The notes below the pieces were generated by a model. It ran no database searches, was not told where the DNA came from, and saw only the letters and a list, made by a program, of their open reading frames with translations. Position numbers and translations under genes: made by a program. This document shows positions 23,501 through 33,864 of a stretch of 64,000 nt of DNA, in pieces. Numbering within the stretch: position 1 is the first letter of the stretch; each line of letters begins with the position of its first letter. Source of the stretch: Laetmonice hystrix (taxonomy: Eukaryota); assembly GCA_965235115.1 (NCBI GenBank), contig OZ249436.1, forward strand, positions 54,438,001 through 54,502,000. Direction: 5' to 3'.

Positions 23501-26500
23501 TACACCCTCATAAAAGATGAAGGCCCAGTTGTAATAACGTAGGTCAAACTTGTGGAACAATTGATTAATATGGCCGCCAGTCTCGCTAATACATAGCTAA
23601 GACAAAGGTCTTTTTGGAAGACAATAGAGGTCGTGATGCTAGTGTGTTAGTGCTGCCCTCTGTGTTACAGGCGGCTGTTGTTGGGGGCCGAGGCAACCGC
23701 AGCGCCACCTGTAGACCATTTGCACCAGGGGCCACCACTGCCTCGCCATGTCTCCGAGAGTGATTCGGGTAAGTTAAGCTTAAAACATTCAAATTGGTTG
23801 CAAGAAATACTGTAGTTATTACAGGTACGGTATATTGAATGTGCACTATTTCCCTTTTCTCCGTAATGACTGAAGAACTAGCCAAGGAAGATTGACTCAT
23901 TATAAATGCTACATTGTGGCATTACTTTATGTGAAAACCTGGAACCCAATTATGGTATATTATTGGCTTATGATCACTAACACAGTGTTTGCAGGTGTGG
24001 ACCTGTAGAAGAGTTGGTACTTTCTGGTTTTACAGATTCGGACTTTGTGCAACTTGACCCTGGCCACCAGGCGGAGGCAGGCGGAGAAGATTTGTCACCA
24101 GAGGACTGTCAGGGGCTGGACGTTTCTGTCTCCTCGCAGGCCTCCTCCTCCTTCAGTACGAACTTTCGCTTCGTCCACCCGGCCCTGGCCCAGGGCTTCC
24201 ATGTTTATAGAGAAGGTAAACCAGACCGGGTATCATAGAACATGGACCTTCTCCACCCTACAGAGTCAAATAGAAAAAAATAATGATAAAAATGTGTATT
24301 TTACTACAAAATAATCAATTAAATTTAGGGAAAATTTGAAAGGAGTACGTGAAGGCAAGACCCTGAAATATAGAGCTAGGTGAAAGTTAAAATCGTTTTA
24401 CAACGTATTTGGTCAAGTCAGATCAACTTCACAGATAATCATAAGTATTTAGGTGGGACCCTCTCCCCTGTAGTGCCAGTACAAGTTTGACAAATTGAGA
24501 GAATCTATCCATATTTTGATCCATATTTTTTTTTATTCTCCACCGCCACTAATTCCCAAATGTAAGAATGTACGTTAACAGTAAAAGCGCCCTGAACCCT
24601 GGATGTTTGTTGTCATAACGCGCTCTCCTGTTTTTCTCTCCCTTTCACCTTCCCCCGCATGACCCCTGTTGACCTCGGCGACCTGTGACAGAGGAGGAGG
24701 AGTCTGTGCCTGGGGACTTCGATGACAGATGCGAGAGTGACATTTCAGGTGTGGCCACCGATGATTCTGATATTGACCTTTCGAACATGACCTATGGTAT
24801 TGCTGACGTTCCGCTGACTGCAGGAACTCGTCTGTACTACCACCGCCCCAACCGCAGCCTGAATTCTATCCTGACTATTATCTCACTCATCACCCTCTTC
24901 CTGGCTGTAGGAATTGGGATCGGACATTACCTGGGTAAGCTAGTCATACCACAACGTTGCATGAAAACTTTGTGAACCAGTGATGGCCAAACGGATGGTA
25001 AAGCATTTGAATTTTACAAAGATGTAGCAGTTTTATGTGAAAGATTATTGAGATCCGACCGTAGCAGTTGGCATCATTGGTCCAGACTGTGCAACCGTTT
25101 AATACTTCAACAAATGCTCAACTCCAAAATGTTGTGATTTGAATTATGTGTGCTGTGATCCCTTTCTATCAAGTCCCTCAAGTCTAGAGAACTTTCCCAA
25201 ATTAACCTCAGAATAAAAGAAAAATATGTATAATATAAATATGTACAGCTTAATCAGGAAATTCCCACGAAAACATGTTTTCTGTGACTAAAGTCCAACT
25301 TAATTTGTAGGCCGTTGGGGGGTTGTGGGTGGTTCATTGACCAATGGTGCTTGTGTCTGTTGTCCAGGATCATCTCGCTGGATGTGGCTGCGTCAGATGC
25401 AAGTGGCTAAGATGAAGTCGCTCCAGGATGACTACTTGATGTGTTTGAAACAGCAGGACCACCTGGAGCAGCGGATTGACATCCTCTCTCCACCCTCCAA
25501 GGTAAACCCATCTGACGTTTCCCCTCCCTCCTCTCCATCGGCCCTTTCTTTATCCTGGGACGGGTTTTGGTTCTCTTCAGGTTGACTCTCTGATATAACT
25601 TGTATAATTGGTGGGTCCTGATGGTGCAGGTTGACTCTCTGATGTAACTTGTATAATTGGTGGGCCCTGATGGTGCAGGTTGACTCTCTGATATAACTTG
25701 TATAATTGGTGGGTCCTGATGGTGCAGGTTGACTCTCTGATATAACTTGTATAATTGGTGGGTCCTGATGGTGCAGGTTGACTCTCTGATGTAACTTGTA
25801 TAATTGGTGGGCCCTGATGGTGCAGGTTGACTCTCTGATATATTTTGTATAATTGGTGGGTCCTGATGGTGCAGGTTGACTCTCTGATGTAACTTGTATA
25901 ATTGGTGGGCCCTGATGGTGCAGGTTGACTCTCTGATGTAACTTGTATAATTGGTGGGCCCTGATGGTGCAGGTTGACTCTCTGATATAACTTGTATAAT
26001 TGGTGGGTCCTGATGGTGCAGGTTGACTCTCTGATATAACTTGTATAATTGGTGGGCCCTGATGGTGCAGGTTGACTCTCTGATATAACTTGTATAATTG
26101 GTGGGCCCTGATGGTGCAGGTTGACTCTCTGATATAACTTGTATAATTGGTGGGCCCTGATGGTGCAGGTTGACTCTCTGATATAACTTGTATAATTGGT
26201 GGGCCCTGATGGTGCAGGTTGACTCTCTGATATAACTTGTATAATTGGTGGGTCCTGATGGTGCAGGTTGACTCTCTGATGTAACTTGTATAATTGGTGG
26301 GCCCTGATGGTGCAGGTTTACTCTCTGATGTAACTTGTATAATTGGTGGGCCCTGATGGTGCAGGTTGACTCTCTGATGTAACTTGTATAATTGGTGGGC
26401 CCTGGTGGTGCAGGTTGACTCTCTGATGTAACTTGTATAATTGGTGGGCCCTGGTGGTGCAGGTTGACTCTCTGATGTAACTTGTATAATTGGTGGGTCC

Positions 26501-29500
26501 TGATGGTGCAGGTTGACTCTCTGATATAACTTGTATAATTGGTGGGCCCTGATGGTGCAGGTTGACTCTCTGCTTGTATAATTGGTGGGTCCTGATGGTG
26601 CAGGTTGACTCTCTGATGTAACTTGTATAATTGGTGGGCCTTGATGGTGCAGGTTGACTCTCTGATATAACTTGTATAATTGGTGGGCCCTGATGGTGCA
26701 GGTTGACTCTCTGATGTAACTTGTATAATTGGTGGGCCCTGATGGTGCAGGTTGACTCTCTGATGTAACTTGTATAATTGGTGGGCCCTGATGGTGCAGG
26801 TTGACTCTCTGATGTAACTTGTATAATTGGTGGGCCCTGATGGTGCAGGTTGACTCTCTGATGTAACTTGTATAATTGGTGGGCCCTGATGGTGCAGGTT
26901 GACTCTCTGATGTAACTTGTATAATTGGTGGGCCCTGATGGTGCAGGTTGACTCTCTGATATAACTTGTATAATTGGTGGGCCCTGATGGTGCAGGTTGA
27001 CTCTCTGCTTGTATAATTGGTGGGTCCTGATGGTGCAGGTTGACTCTCTGATGTAACTTGTATAATTGGTGGGCCCTGATGGTGCAGGTTGACTCTCTGA
27101 TGTAACTTGTATAATTGGTGGGCCCTGATGGTGCAGGTTGACTCTCTGCTTGTATAATTGGTGGGTCCTGATGGTGCAGGTTGACTCTCTGATATAACTT
27201 GTATAATTGGTGGGCCCTGATGGTGCAGGTTGACTCTCTGATGTAACTTGTATAATTGGTGGGCCCTGATGGTGCAGGTTGACTCTCTGATGTAACTTGT
27301 ATAATTGGTGGGCCCTGATGGTGCAGGTTGACTCTCTGATGTAACTTGTATAATTGGTGGGCCCTGATGGTGCAGGTTGACTCTCTGATGTAACTTGTAT
27401 AATTGGTGGGCCCTGATGGTGCAGGTTGACTCTCTGATGTAACTTGTATAATTGGTGGGCCCTGATGGTGCAGGTTGACTCTCTGATATAACTTGTATAA
27501 TTGGTGGGCCCTGATGGTGCAGGTTGACTCTCTGCTTGTATAATTGGTGGGTCCTGATGGTGCAGGTTGACTCTCTGATGTAACTTGTATAATTGGTGGG
27601 CCCTGATGGTGCAGGTTGACTCTCTGATGTAACTTGTATAATTGGTGGGCCCTGATGGTGCAGGTTGACTCTCTGCTTGTATAATTGGTGGGTCCTGATG
27701 GTGCAGGTTGACTCTCTGATGTAACTTGTATAATTGGTGGGCCCTGATGGTGCAGGTTGACTCTCTGATGTAACTTGTATAATTTGTCGACCACAATAGT
27801 GCAGGTTGACTCTGGTGTAACTTGTATAATTTGTCGACCCATGCTACAGGTTGACTTTCTGATGTAACTTGTATAATTTGTCGACCCATGCTACAGGTTG
27901 ACTCTCTGATGTAACTTGTATAATTTGTCGACCCATGCTACAGGTTGACTCTCTGATGTAACTTGTATAATTTGTCGACCTATGCTACAGGTTGACTCGG
28001 TGGTGCTAAGCACGGACCAGTTTAATAGGATTTCCAGAATGTGGCAGGAGCGATACGAAGACCTCAACCGGCAGAAAATGGAACTGGAGGTCCGGATACA
28101 GAATATCCAGGTGGCCGGGGACCAACACAAACAGCAGGTGAGCGACAGGCGAGGGCACCAAGAAATGAGTGGATGCAGAGAAGGAACATCCACAAGGGAC
28201 CTAATCAGATGTGACGGACGTTGTACTTGTAGCCGCGGGATACAAGTTGTTATTTTTTTAACTTCTATAACTTATGGGCCCCGAAGGTGCAGGTGGACTC
28301 TCTGATGTAACTTGTATGTACGTGTTAAGTGTTTATGTTGGCCCTGTTCAGAAAGTTTCAAAAGCCATCTGAATGAATAGAAAGAAGGTGAATATTTAAA
28401 AGATCAACTGTTCCCTCTGAATAGGTCAAAGAGTTACTTTATTTTTACAGTAGATTCTACAAGGTCCTAAAAACTACTCTTTTCGCTTTGAGTGGTTATT
28501 TAGTTTCCTCTTCTTTTCGTTTTTCAGATGAAAAGCTTGGAGGGTGAGAAGGTGGTCCTCGAGGCAAAGGTGGCCAACCTGATGGTGACCGAGCAGATGG
28601 CACAGCAGGCCTTGGCCGACCAGCAGTTGGAAAACCGACAGCTGCACCAACAGGAGCAGGCCTTGCAGTCAGACCTTGAGAATCTGAACGTTGAACACAA
28701 GGGACTGAAGATGGAGTTGGACGTCATGGTACAGGACAAGGAACAGATTCTAGTTGACCAGGTGAGTCTATCTCTGGAGACTTGATGACTTCCCCAACAT
28801 AGACAGCTGGGTTGCTACATGTCATCCATCCAGGGTGAACAATCCAAACTTTGTACCGTCCCAATGTCAGGCAGTTTGTATGGCCGTTCGGGTCCGTAGG
28901 AACTGGGCAAGACGAGAGGAACAAGTTACTCGTTGACTCCGAAGAGGTCAATGAGTTACAGTGTCTCATCCATTGTAAATTGGCTGACGTCCCTGTTGTG
29001 GTTATCGAGATTTTATAGGTCTTGTTGGAATCGCATTTTATTGTTTATATAGCAGATATATGTCTTTTTGCATGGTTAGAATGAGTTTATTATAAATAAA
29101 ACACGTCGGATGATGTCTCTCTGCAGGATATTATCTCGAAGGATCTCGTGGAATTGAAGTCAAAGATGAACCAGATTCAGACAGAAAACACTGATCTGAG
29201 GTCCGAGGTGATGAGGCTCCGTTACACCGCACATCCTGGTAACACGGAGGTCAACCCGGTGGTCGCCCAGCAACAGCTCAAGGTCAAGGTCAACCAGCTA
29301 GCCAATGAGAACGAGGACCTCAAGTCTACAGTTGGAAAGATGCGCTATACCAAACCCATTGTTGAAGGTAAGGTGACGGACTGTGTGACAGACGTCGTAG
29401 TGTTGTGTTTGATAGAAAGCGGATCTTGTAGACAGTGTCTATTATAAAGAGGCAGTCAGAGTAAAATATGCGGGTGTTTTTCTGTTCGTTTTTTGGAAGT

Positions 29501-31686
29501 GATATGGGTCCTTCTGTTCAAGGGTGTAATTGAAATTATAACAATGTGTAGGCCCAGCACATTTTATTTAAAAGTTTTTTGTTGGTTTCATTGCAGACGC
29601 CAAAACTGAAGATTCTGAGGCAACCCCCAAGGACAACTTTGAAGCGCCACCTGTTGCCAAGGAGGGTGAATTGCTAGTCCTGAAGCAGCAACTTGCAGCC
29701 GTTACTGACGAGCTAGAGGCGCAACAGCGTCGCAATTATTTGTGGCAGTCCATGTTTATCAGCGATCATGTAGAGAAACCAACACCTAATGCCAGCCCTG
29801 AGGACAGCAGTGACCAAGAGAACTACACGATTGGGTCCTTCTTGAGTTGCATGCGCCACGTTGTACCCGGGATGGTAGCAAACCTCTCGGCACCGTTCCT
29901 ACAGAACGCCTCCGGCGCGGTCCAGCAGCAGTGGGCCTTCCTGAAGAACGTCAGCTCAGATAATGTCGTCATGGAGACGCTACAGCAGAAGTGGGGACAG
30001 GTGGTGAATTACACGGGGTCGACCGAGTTCCAGGAGGTCAAGAAGGAGGCTCTGGAGATCCAGCGGGACATCCAGGACATGCTTATTGAAAAGTGGCACA
30101 GCTTTACCAACCTGACCTCAAAGGTTATCGGCAGCGGCAACGCCGATGGCGCACAGTCCAAACCAACGACACCAAAATACAAACAAATGATCAAGAACTT
30201 GACACGCCCCATGGCAGGCCACTTCCAGGATTACATGAATAAAACGAAAGAAACCGTCTCCAAGCTCAGTGTGAAACTCCACGACACGTGGGAGAAAGTG
30301 AAAAACCTCTCAGCAAACCTCCTCAAGAAACATGAAAATACCATCAAAACTGTGGAGGAAAAAGTCAAAACAAAGCTCAAGGATGTTGGCAACAGCGTGC
30401 GCAGCAAGTGGCAGAACCTGAAAGAGAAGATTGGACAGCGCAAACATGCCTCCAAACCAGGCAAGAAACAACATCGTAAAAAACATGAGAGGAAAGCAAA
30501 GCATTACAAGCAGAAACAAGACCACAGTCAGTACGCACACACCAAGCGGAGAGGTCATGGAGAAAACACCATGCCTAACGATCCGCCAAGGCCATTCGAA
30601 GACAAGGCACACCACAAGCAGAGACAGAGCAACCACGAGCAGTACGACGAGTTCTGGAGGCGAACCGACTTTGATCCCGAGGGCCTCCTCCAGGAGGGAT
30701 TCTTCGAGGGCAATCAGAGGGAGTGGCGCAAACACCAGAAACGTCTTCACCGACTGCACGGTCGGATCCACCGCCTGAACGAAGACATCCTCTATTCAAT
30801 GGACGATGACGACATCGAGGACATTTACGACGACTTGGAAGACTTCCAGGACGACCTTGAGGACGAGGACCAGCCACAGCTCCTACAGACGTGGCTTGCT
30901 TGCCAGGTGCGGTGGTGGAAGAGCCGCTTCCAGAGAAAACATCGCAGCGAGGACCTGATCAAAGGATGCGGCATGCAGATCATGCACTGGCAACTGAGGG
31001 CACTCTGTAAAGACGAATGCTACAGTCGGAAGTGTCTGAAGAAGTGGAGGAGCATCCGCGCTCACCCTTTCTGTCACGACATCCTCCATCCTACAGCAGG
31101 AACTCAATCTCAGGCTGACGACCATATCCAGTCAGCAGGGCAGCATTCCAAGTGCCAAAAGTGCTTTCATACTCAGCCACAGGGTTCGCCAAAGACGGCC
31201 AAAGATATCGACGCGGCCGGCCTTGCCAAGCCTGCCACCCGACAAGTCTCACCAACCCGAGCGTCAAAGATCGAGGACAAGGACTCGCTCTTCCAAATGG
31301 AAGTCGCGGCGGCAGACGAGAAAGACGTGAACGACACCTTGTTCAGCTCGGACGTTGACCCATCCTGGTACTTCAAACGAGCTGAAGAGAGAGAGCTCCA
31401 TCACCACGACCCCAAATGGTACACGCTGGCGTTGGACACCAAGGGAATGGATGAAGACAACAGGAAGGAAGGGAGGGACGTCGAAGAGGAGAAGAACCCC
31501 TCCTGGTATTTCCAGTACGGGTCGATGCGCGAGGACCACCGCCACAGTCCTGAGTGGGTGTTTGGACGGGCCAACGAGCGGGAATTCGAACGTACCAAGT
31601 CGTGGTACATCAGACGGATTGAGGAGCGAGCGCGCCGTTACGACCAACAGACGTCGTCAGACAGCTCCGCCTGGGGACAGGATTAG
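11453..31686 (+). CDS. CCPG1: CCPG1/PBXIP1-family type II ER membrane protein (ER-phagy receptor-like), ~1295 aa; join(11453-11527,12568-12841,18667-18838,23671-23768,24036-24215,24692-24934,25368-25501,27991-28137,28528-28761,29127-29367,29597-31686)
   Basis: All introns are GT-AG with compatible phases (0,1,2,1,1,1,0,0,0,1), giving 3888 nt without an internal stop. MSSSNSDSEGSATGWTVV matches the recalled human N-terminus MSENSSDSDSSCGWTVI. SDSDSDFVQLDP resembles SDDSDIVTLEP, SSSSFSTNFRFVHP resembles SSSSSQYTFCQP, and SLNSILTIISLITLFLAVGIGIGHYLG resembles GLNKCVILALVIAISMGFGHFYG. Homology is from recall, not a database search. Confidence 0.85.
12568..12841 (+). CDS. CCPG1: CCPG1-like coding exon 2 (acidic, Ser-rich)
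   Basis: tttttcag acceptor, open frame SSDDGSSSGSSLEFVHLEDSG...PSPSPS, donor G|gtaagt. Confidence 0.8.
16643..16834. mobile_element. Harbinger-like palindromic MITE
   Basis: gtgcccggtttttcaaaa...ttttcgaaaaaacgggccc with internal inverted ttaagcttaa and gattggctgg repeats. Confidence 0.6.
18667..18838 (+). CDS. CCPG1: CCPG1-like coding exon 3 (Asp/Glu-rich)
   Basis: ctcctgttctag acceptor, phase 1 in and phase 2 out, DEENGDDTGIDEDEDEAEE..., donor GG|gtgagt. Confidence 0.8.
18999..19682. repeat. Intronic minisatellite, ~8 copies of an 84-bp unit
   Basis: Unit caggttgacaggttagaggagttggtaggtaatgtcatatggtaggtaaggtgacagtgacgggtgtgtagacaagtgacaggt. Confidence 0.95.
23671..23768 (+). CDS. CCPG1: CCPG1-like coding exon 4
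   Basis: tgtgttacag acceptor, phase 2 in and phase 1 out, RLLLGAEATAAPP...VSESDS, donor G|gtaagt. Confidence 0.7.
24036..24215 (+). CDS. CCPG1: CCPG1-like coding exon 5 (FIR2-like DSDFVQL)
   Basis: ctggttttacag acceptor; DSDFVQLDPG...SSSSFSTNFRFVHP; donor G|gtaaac. Confidence 0.8.
24692..24934 (+). CDS. CCPG1: CCPG1-like coding exon 6 (transmembrane helix)
   Basis: Hydrophobic stretch ILTIISLITLFLAVGIGIGHYLG; donor G|gtaagc. Confidence 0.85.
25368..25501 (+). CDS. CCPG1: CCPG1-like coding exon 7
   Basis: tgttgtccag acceptor; SSRWMWLRQMQVAKMKSLQDDYLMCLKQQ...; donor AAG|gtaaac. Confidence 0.8.
25578..27990. repeat. Intronic minisatellite, ~50 copies of a 49-bp unit (with 42-bp deletion variants)
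   Basis: Unit caggttgactctctgatgtaacttgtataattggtgggccctgatggtg; period of 49 checked at 25578 and 25627. Confidence 0.97.
27991..28137 (+). CDS. CCPG1: CCPG1-like coding exon 8 (coiled coil)
   Basis: atgctacag acceptor right after the minisatellite; VDSVVLSTDQFNRISRMWQERYEDL...; donor CAG|gtgagc. Confidence 0.8.
28528..28761 (+). CDS. CCPG1: CCPG1-like coding exon 9 (coiled coil)
   Basis: Strong polypyrimidine acceptor; heptad-rich MKSLEGEKVVLEAKVANL...; donor CAG|gtgagt. Confidence 0.85.
29127..29367 (+). CDS. CCPG1: CCPG1-like coding exon 10 (coiled coil)
   Basis: ctctctgcag acceptor; two internally similar segments ENTDLRSEVMRLRY and ENEDLKSTVGKMRY; donor G|gtaagg. Confidence 0.85.
29597..31686 (+). 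CDS. CCPG1: CCPG1-like terminal coding exon (luminal domain)
   Basis: ttcattgcag acceptor in frame with the 671-aa ORF; many N-x-S/T sequons; TAG stop. Confidence 0.9.
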
Positions 31687-32939
31687 TCACACACTCACAC
31701 ACCGCTGACATGCCCCTATTTTGCCCGATTTTAAACGATTACATCATTGATGTATTTACCGGAAAACTATGACGTGGTATTATGAATTAATGAGTGGTAT
31801 TTTGCTATTGTATATCGTTACTCAAGTACTAGCTCTTATATAGTAGGCAAAGGTGCATGCACTTGTCGTTACTGATATTGTTGGGCGGGTACGTATGGTA
31901 GGCGTTGTATACGTTATTGTGCTAAGTGATGCGGGTTATCCTTCACTTAAGGTAATTCATACAGGATGCTACCATCGGCTGTCGTTGACGGAGGTATGAC
32001 TTGCCTTAAATGTCCCTTTCCTATATATTATAGGTCACTACACTTGTATATTAGTAACCAAATTCCCCTTGGTATATGGCTGCATTATTATAGAGTAGTT
32101 TCACATACGGTACATCGTATTGTGTGCTTTATGGTCCCGCGGTTGAGCAGATTTGTTGGCATGCGTTTTATAGTTGACCATCTATATCATCATGTGTTTG
32201 TTTTGTGGTTGACAAGCTTCATTAACGTGTTTTGGCTAGAGCTGGTAACGGTAATGCTACAGAAGCAGTAAGCTTACGGGGGCGTGTCGCTTCACAAGTC
32301 AGTGTCTGTCAAGCAAGATCAATCTGTTTATGCCATAGTTCGCAGCTTAAATATTCTGTTTTCATTTTTTAACGGCGTGGAGATTTTCGACGGTGCCGAA
32401 CAGTGCATTTTCAGGAGCATTGAAATGCCTAAACTTGGATAAAGCAGCTGACCCTAAATTTAAAATGCTACGGTACAGATTGTAAATTTTGAAACACAAA
32501 TGAAAGTTATTATCATTGCAAAACGCAACTACATTATACCCGTACTTTGAAAGACGATGACATGAAAAGTAAACAACTGACACGTTGATGACGCTCGTAA
32601 CGAACTCTCTTGCCTGCGCTTCCTGCCACATACACTAGGTGGCAGCACTATTGCTCTCCTACCACGTGAACTCTTTATCGACATGAAGCGTACACTATTA
32701 CTGTTAGTAACAGTATTATTATACGCATCGAGCTACCCCGCTTCAATTTGGAAGTCTTCCTCCTCTTCTTCTTCTTCTTTGTATTTTTCATACAATGGAT
32801 ATGGTTTTCATCATTCGACCCGTTGTTTCCTCACCGGACCCCCCCCCCCCCCCCCCAAGAAAACAAAAGTCCCGGCCCCACGTCCAATGTGATCACATCA
32901 AAAATAGGGTACACGTGTCAAGAATAAGTTGACCGGATA

Positions 32940-33150
32940 GATTTTATTACGTAGTAAGACCGACAATACATTATACGTTTATTACATAGTAAGACCTACA
33001 ATACATTATACGTACCTGAGATCCTGGTTTATTACATGGTAAGACCTTCATACATTATACGTACCTGAGATCCTGGTTTATTACATGGTAAGACCTACAT
33101 ACAGTATACGCACCTGATATGGTTTATTACATGGTAAGACCTACAGTACA
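32940..33150. repeat. Short tandem repeat (~35-50-bp unit, ~5 degenerate copies) in the presumed CCPG1 3' UTR
   Basis: Repeated gtttattacatggtaagacctacatacattatacgtacctgagatcctg. Confidence 0.8.
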
Positions 33151-33691
33151 TTAGACGCACCTGACTTGAACTACGGAACTGACCTCGCCTTTGTGTTGAC
33201 TGAACCGAAAGGTTGTAAACTTATTGTCATTATGTGCTGCATATATATGTACACCACATAGATCTATGTGGGTATTTAATATAATTCTTATCATATATGA
33301 TATCGTTATTTTGCCCGTGGTACTGATTTTAGCCAAGCTGTGCACGTGTTACAATTTCCAGTGCGATAACTTCGTTTTAAATTAATTGACACCCGTTTGT
33401 ATTGGTCGTGGATCAGGTATGAGTTATGCTGTCAAGGGTAATTAGGATCAAATAAACAGCTATGCCTTTCTTGTGTTAAATCGTGTTTTCCGTTGTGTTG
33501 TCTATTCCAAATAGGGTAGAGCGGGCTTGAGGGCCTGGGATTTTTTTTTTAAACCGGACGAGGGGGGGGGGCACCAATTATAACAGACAAAAAGGGAACG
33601 AAGAATGTATTTGTCGAAAGAGACTGATCCCGGTGTGCATTTGGTTAAATTAATGTGCCTTTGCCACATAGAGAGAATTCAAGATGTGTGT

Positions 33692-33864
33692 TTTTGCTTT
33701 TAAATGCACGGGCATCAGGTGTAACCCAGTTACTTTGAGAATGTCCGGAAGGAGAAAAGTTGTATAGCGCTACTGGAATCGAACCACGGCCCCAAGATTA
33801 AGCACTGCACCCATTCGCATAGCATAAGGTATGCCCATGCCCACTCGGACACCGCCACTTCCCT
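33692..33864 (-). mobile_element. tRNA-derived SINE-like insertion with ~21-bp TSD
   Basis: Minus strand has an A-box-like GGTGTCCGAGTGG, a B-box GGTTCGATTCC and an A-rich tail; flanked by gagagaattcaa(g/t)atgtgtgt at 33671 and 33865. Confidence 0.55.

Noticed and set aside
25407..27889. 811-aa and 523-aa minus-strand ORFs with repeating peptides
   Set aside because: They are translations of the 49-bp minisatellite. The unit is not a multiple of 3, so the peptide cycles through all three frames, and it lies antisense within a CCPG1 intron.
25578..27990. CRISPR-like appearance of the regular arrays (also 7810-8205, 18999-19682, 63160-64000)
   Set aside because: The units are head-to-tail with no unique spacers, there are no cas genes, and the context is eukaryotic.
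30009..31708. Multiple overlapping or antisense ORFs
   Set aside because: They are shadow frames of the large CCPG1 terminal exon.
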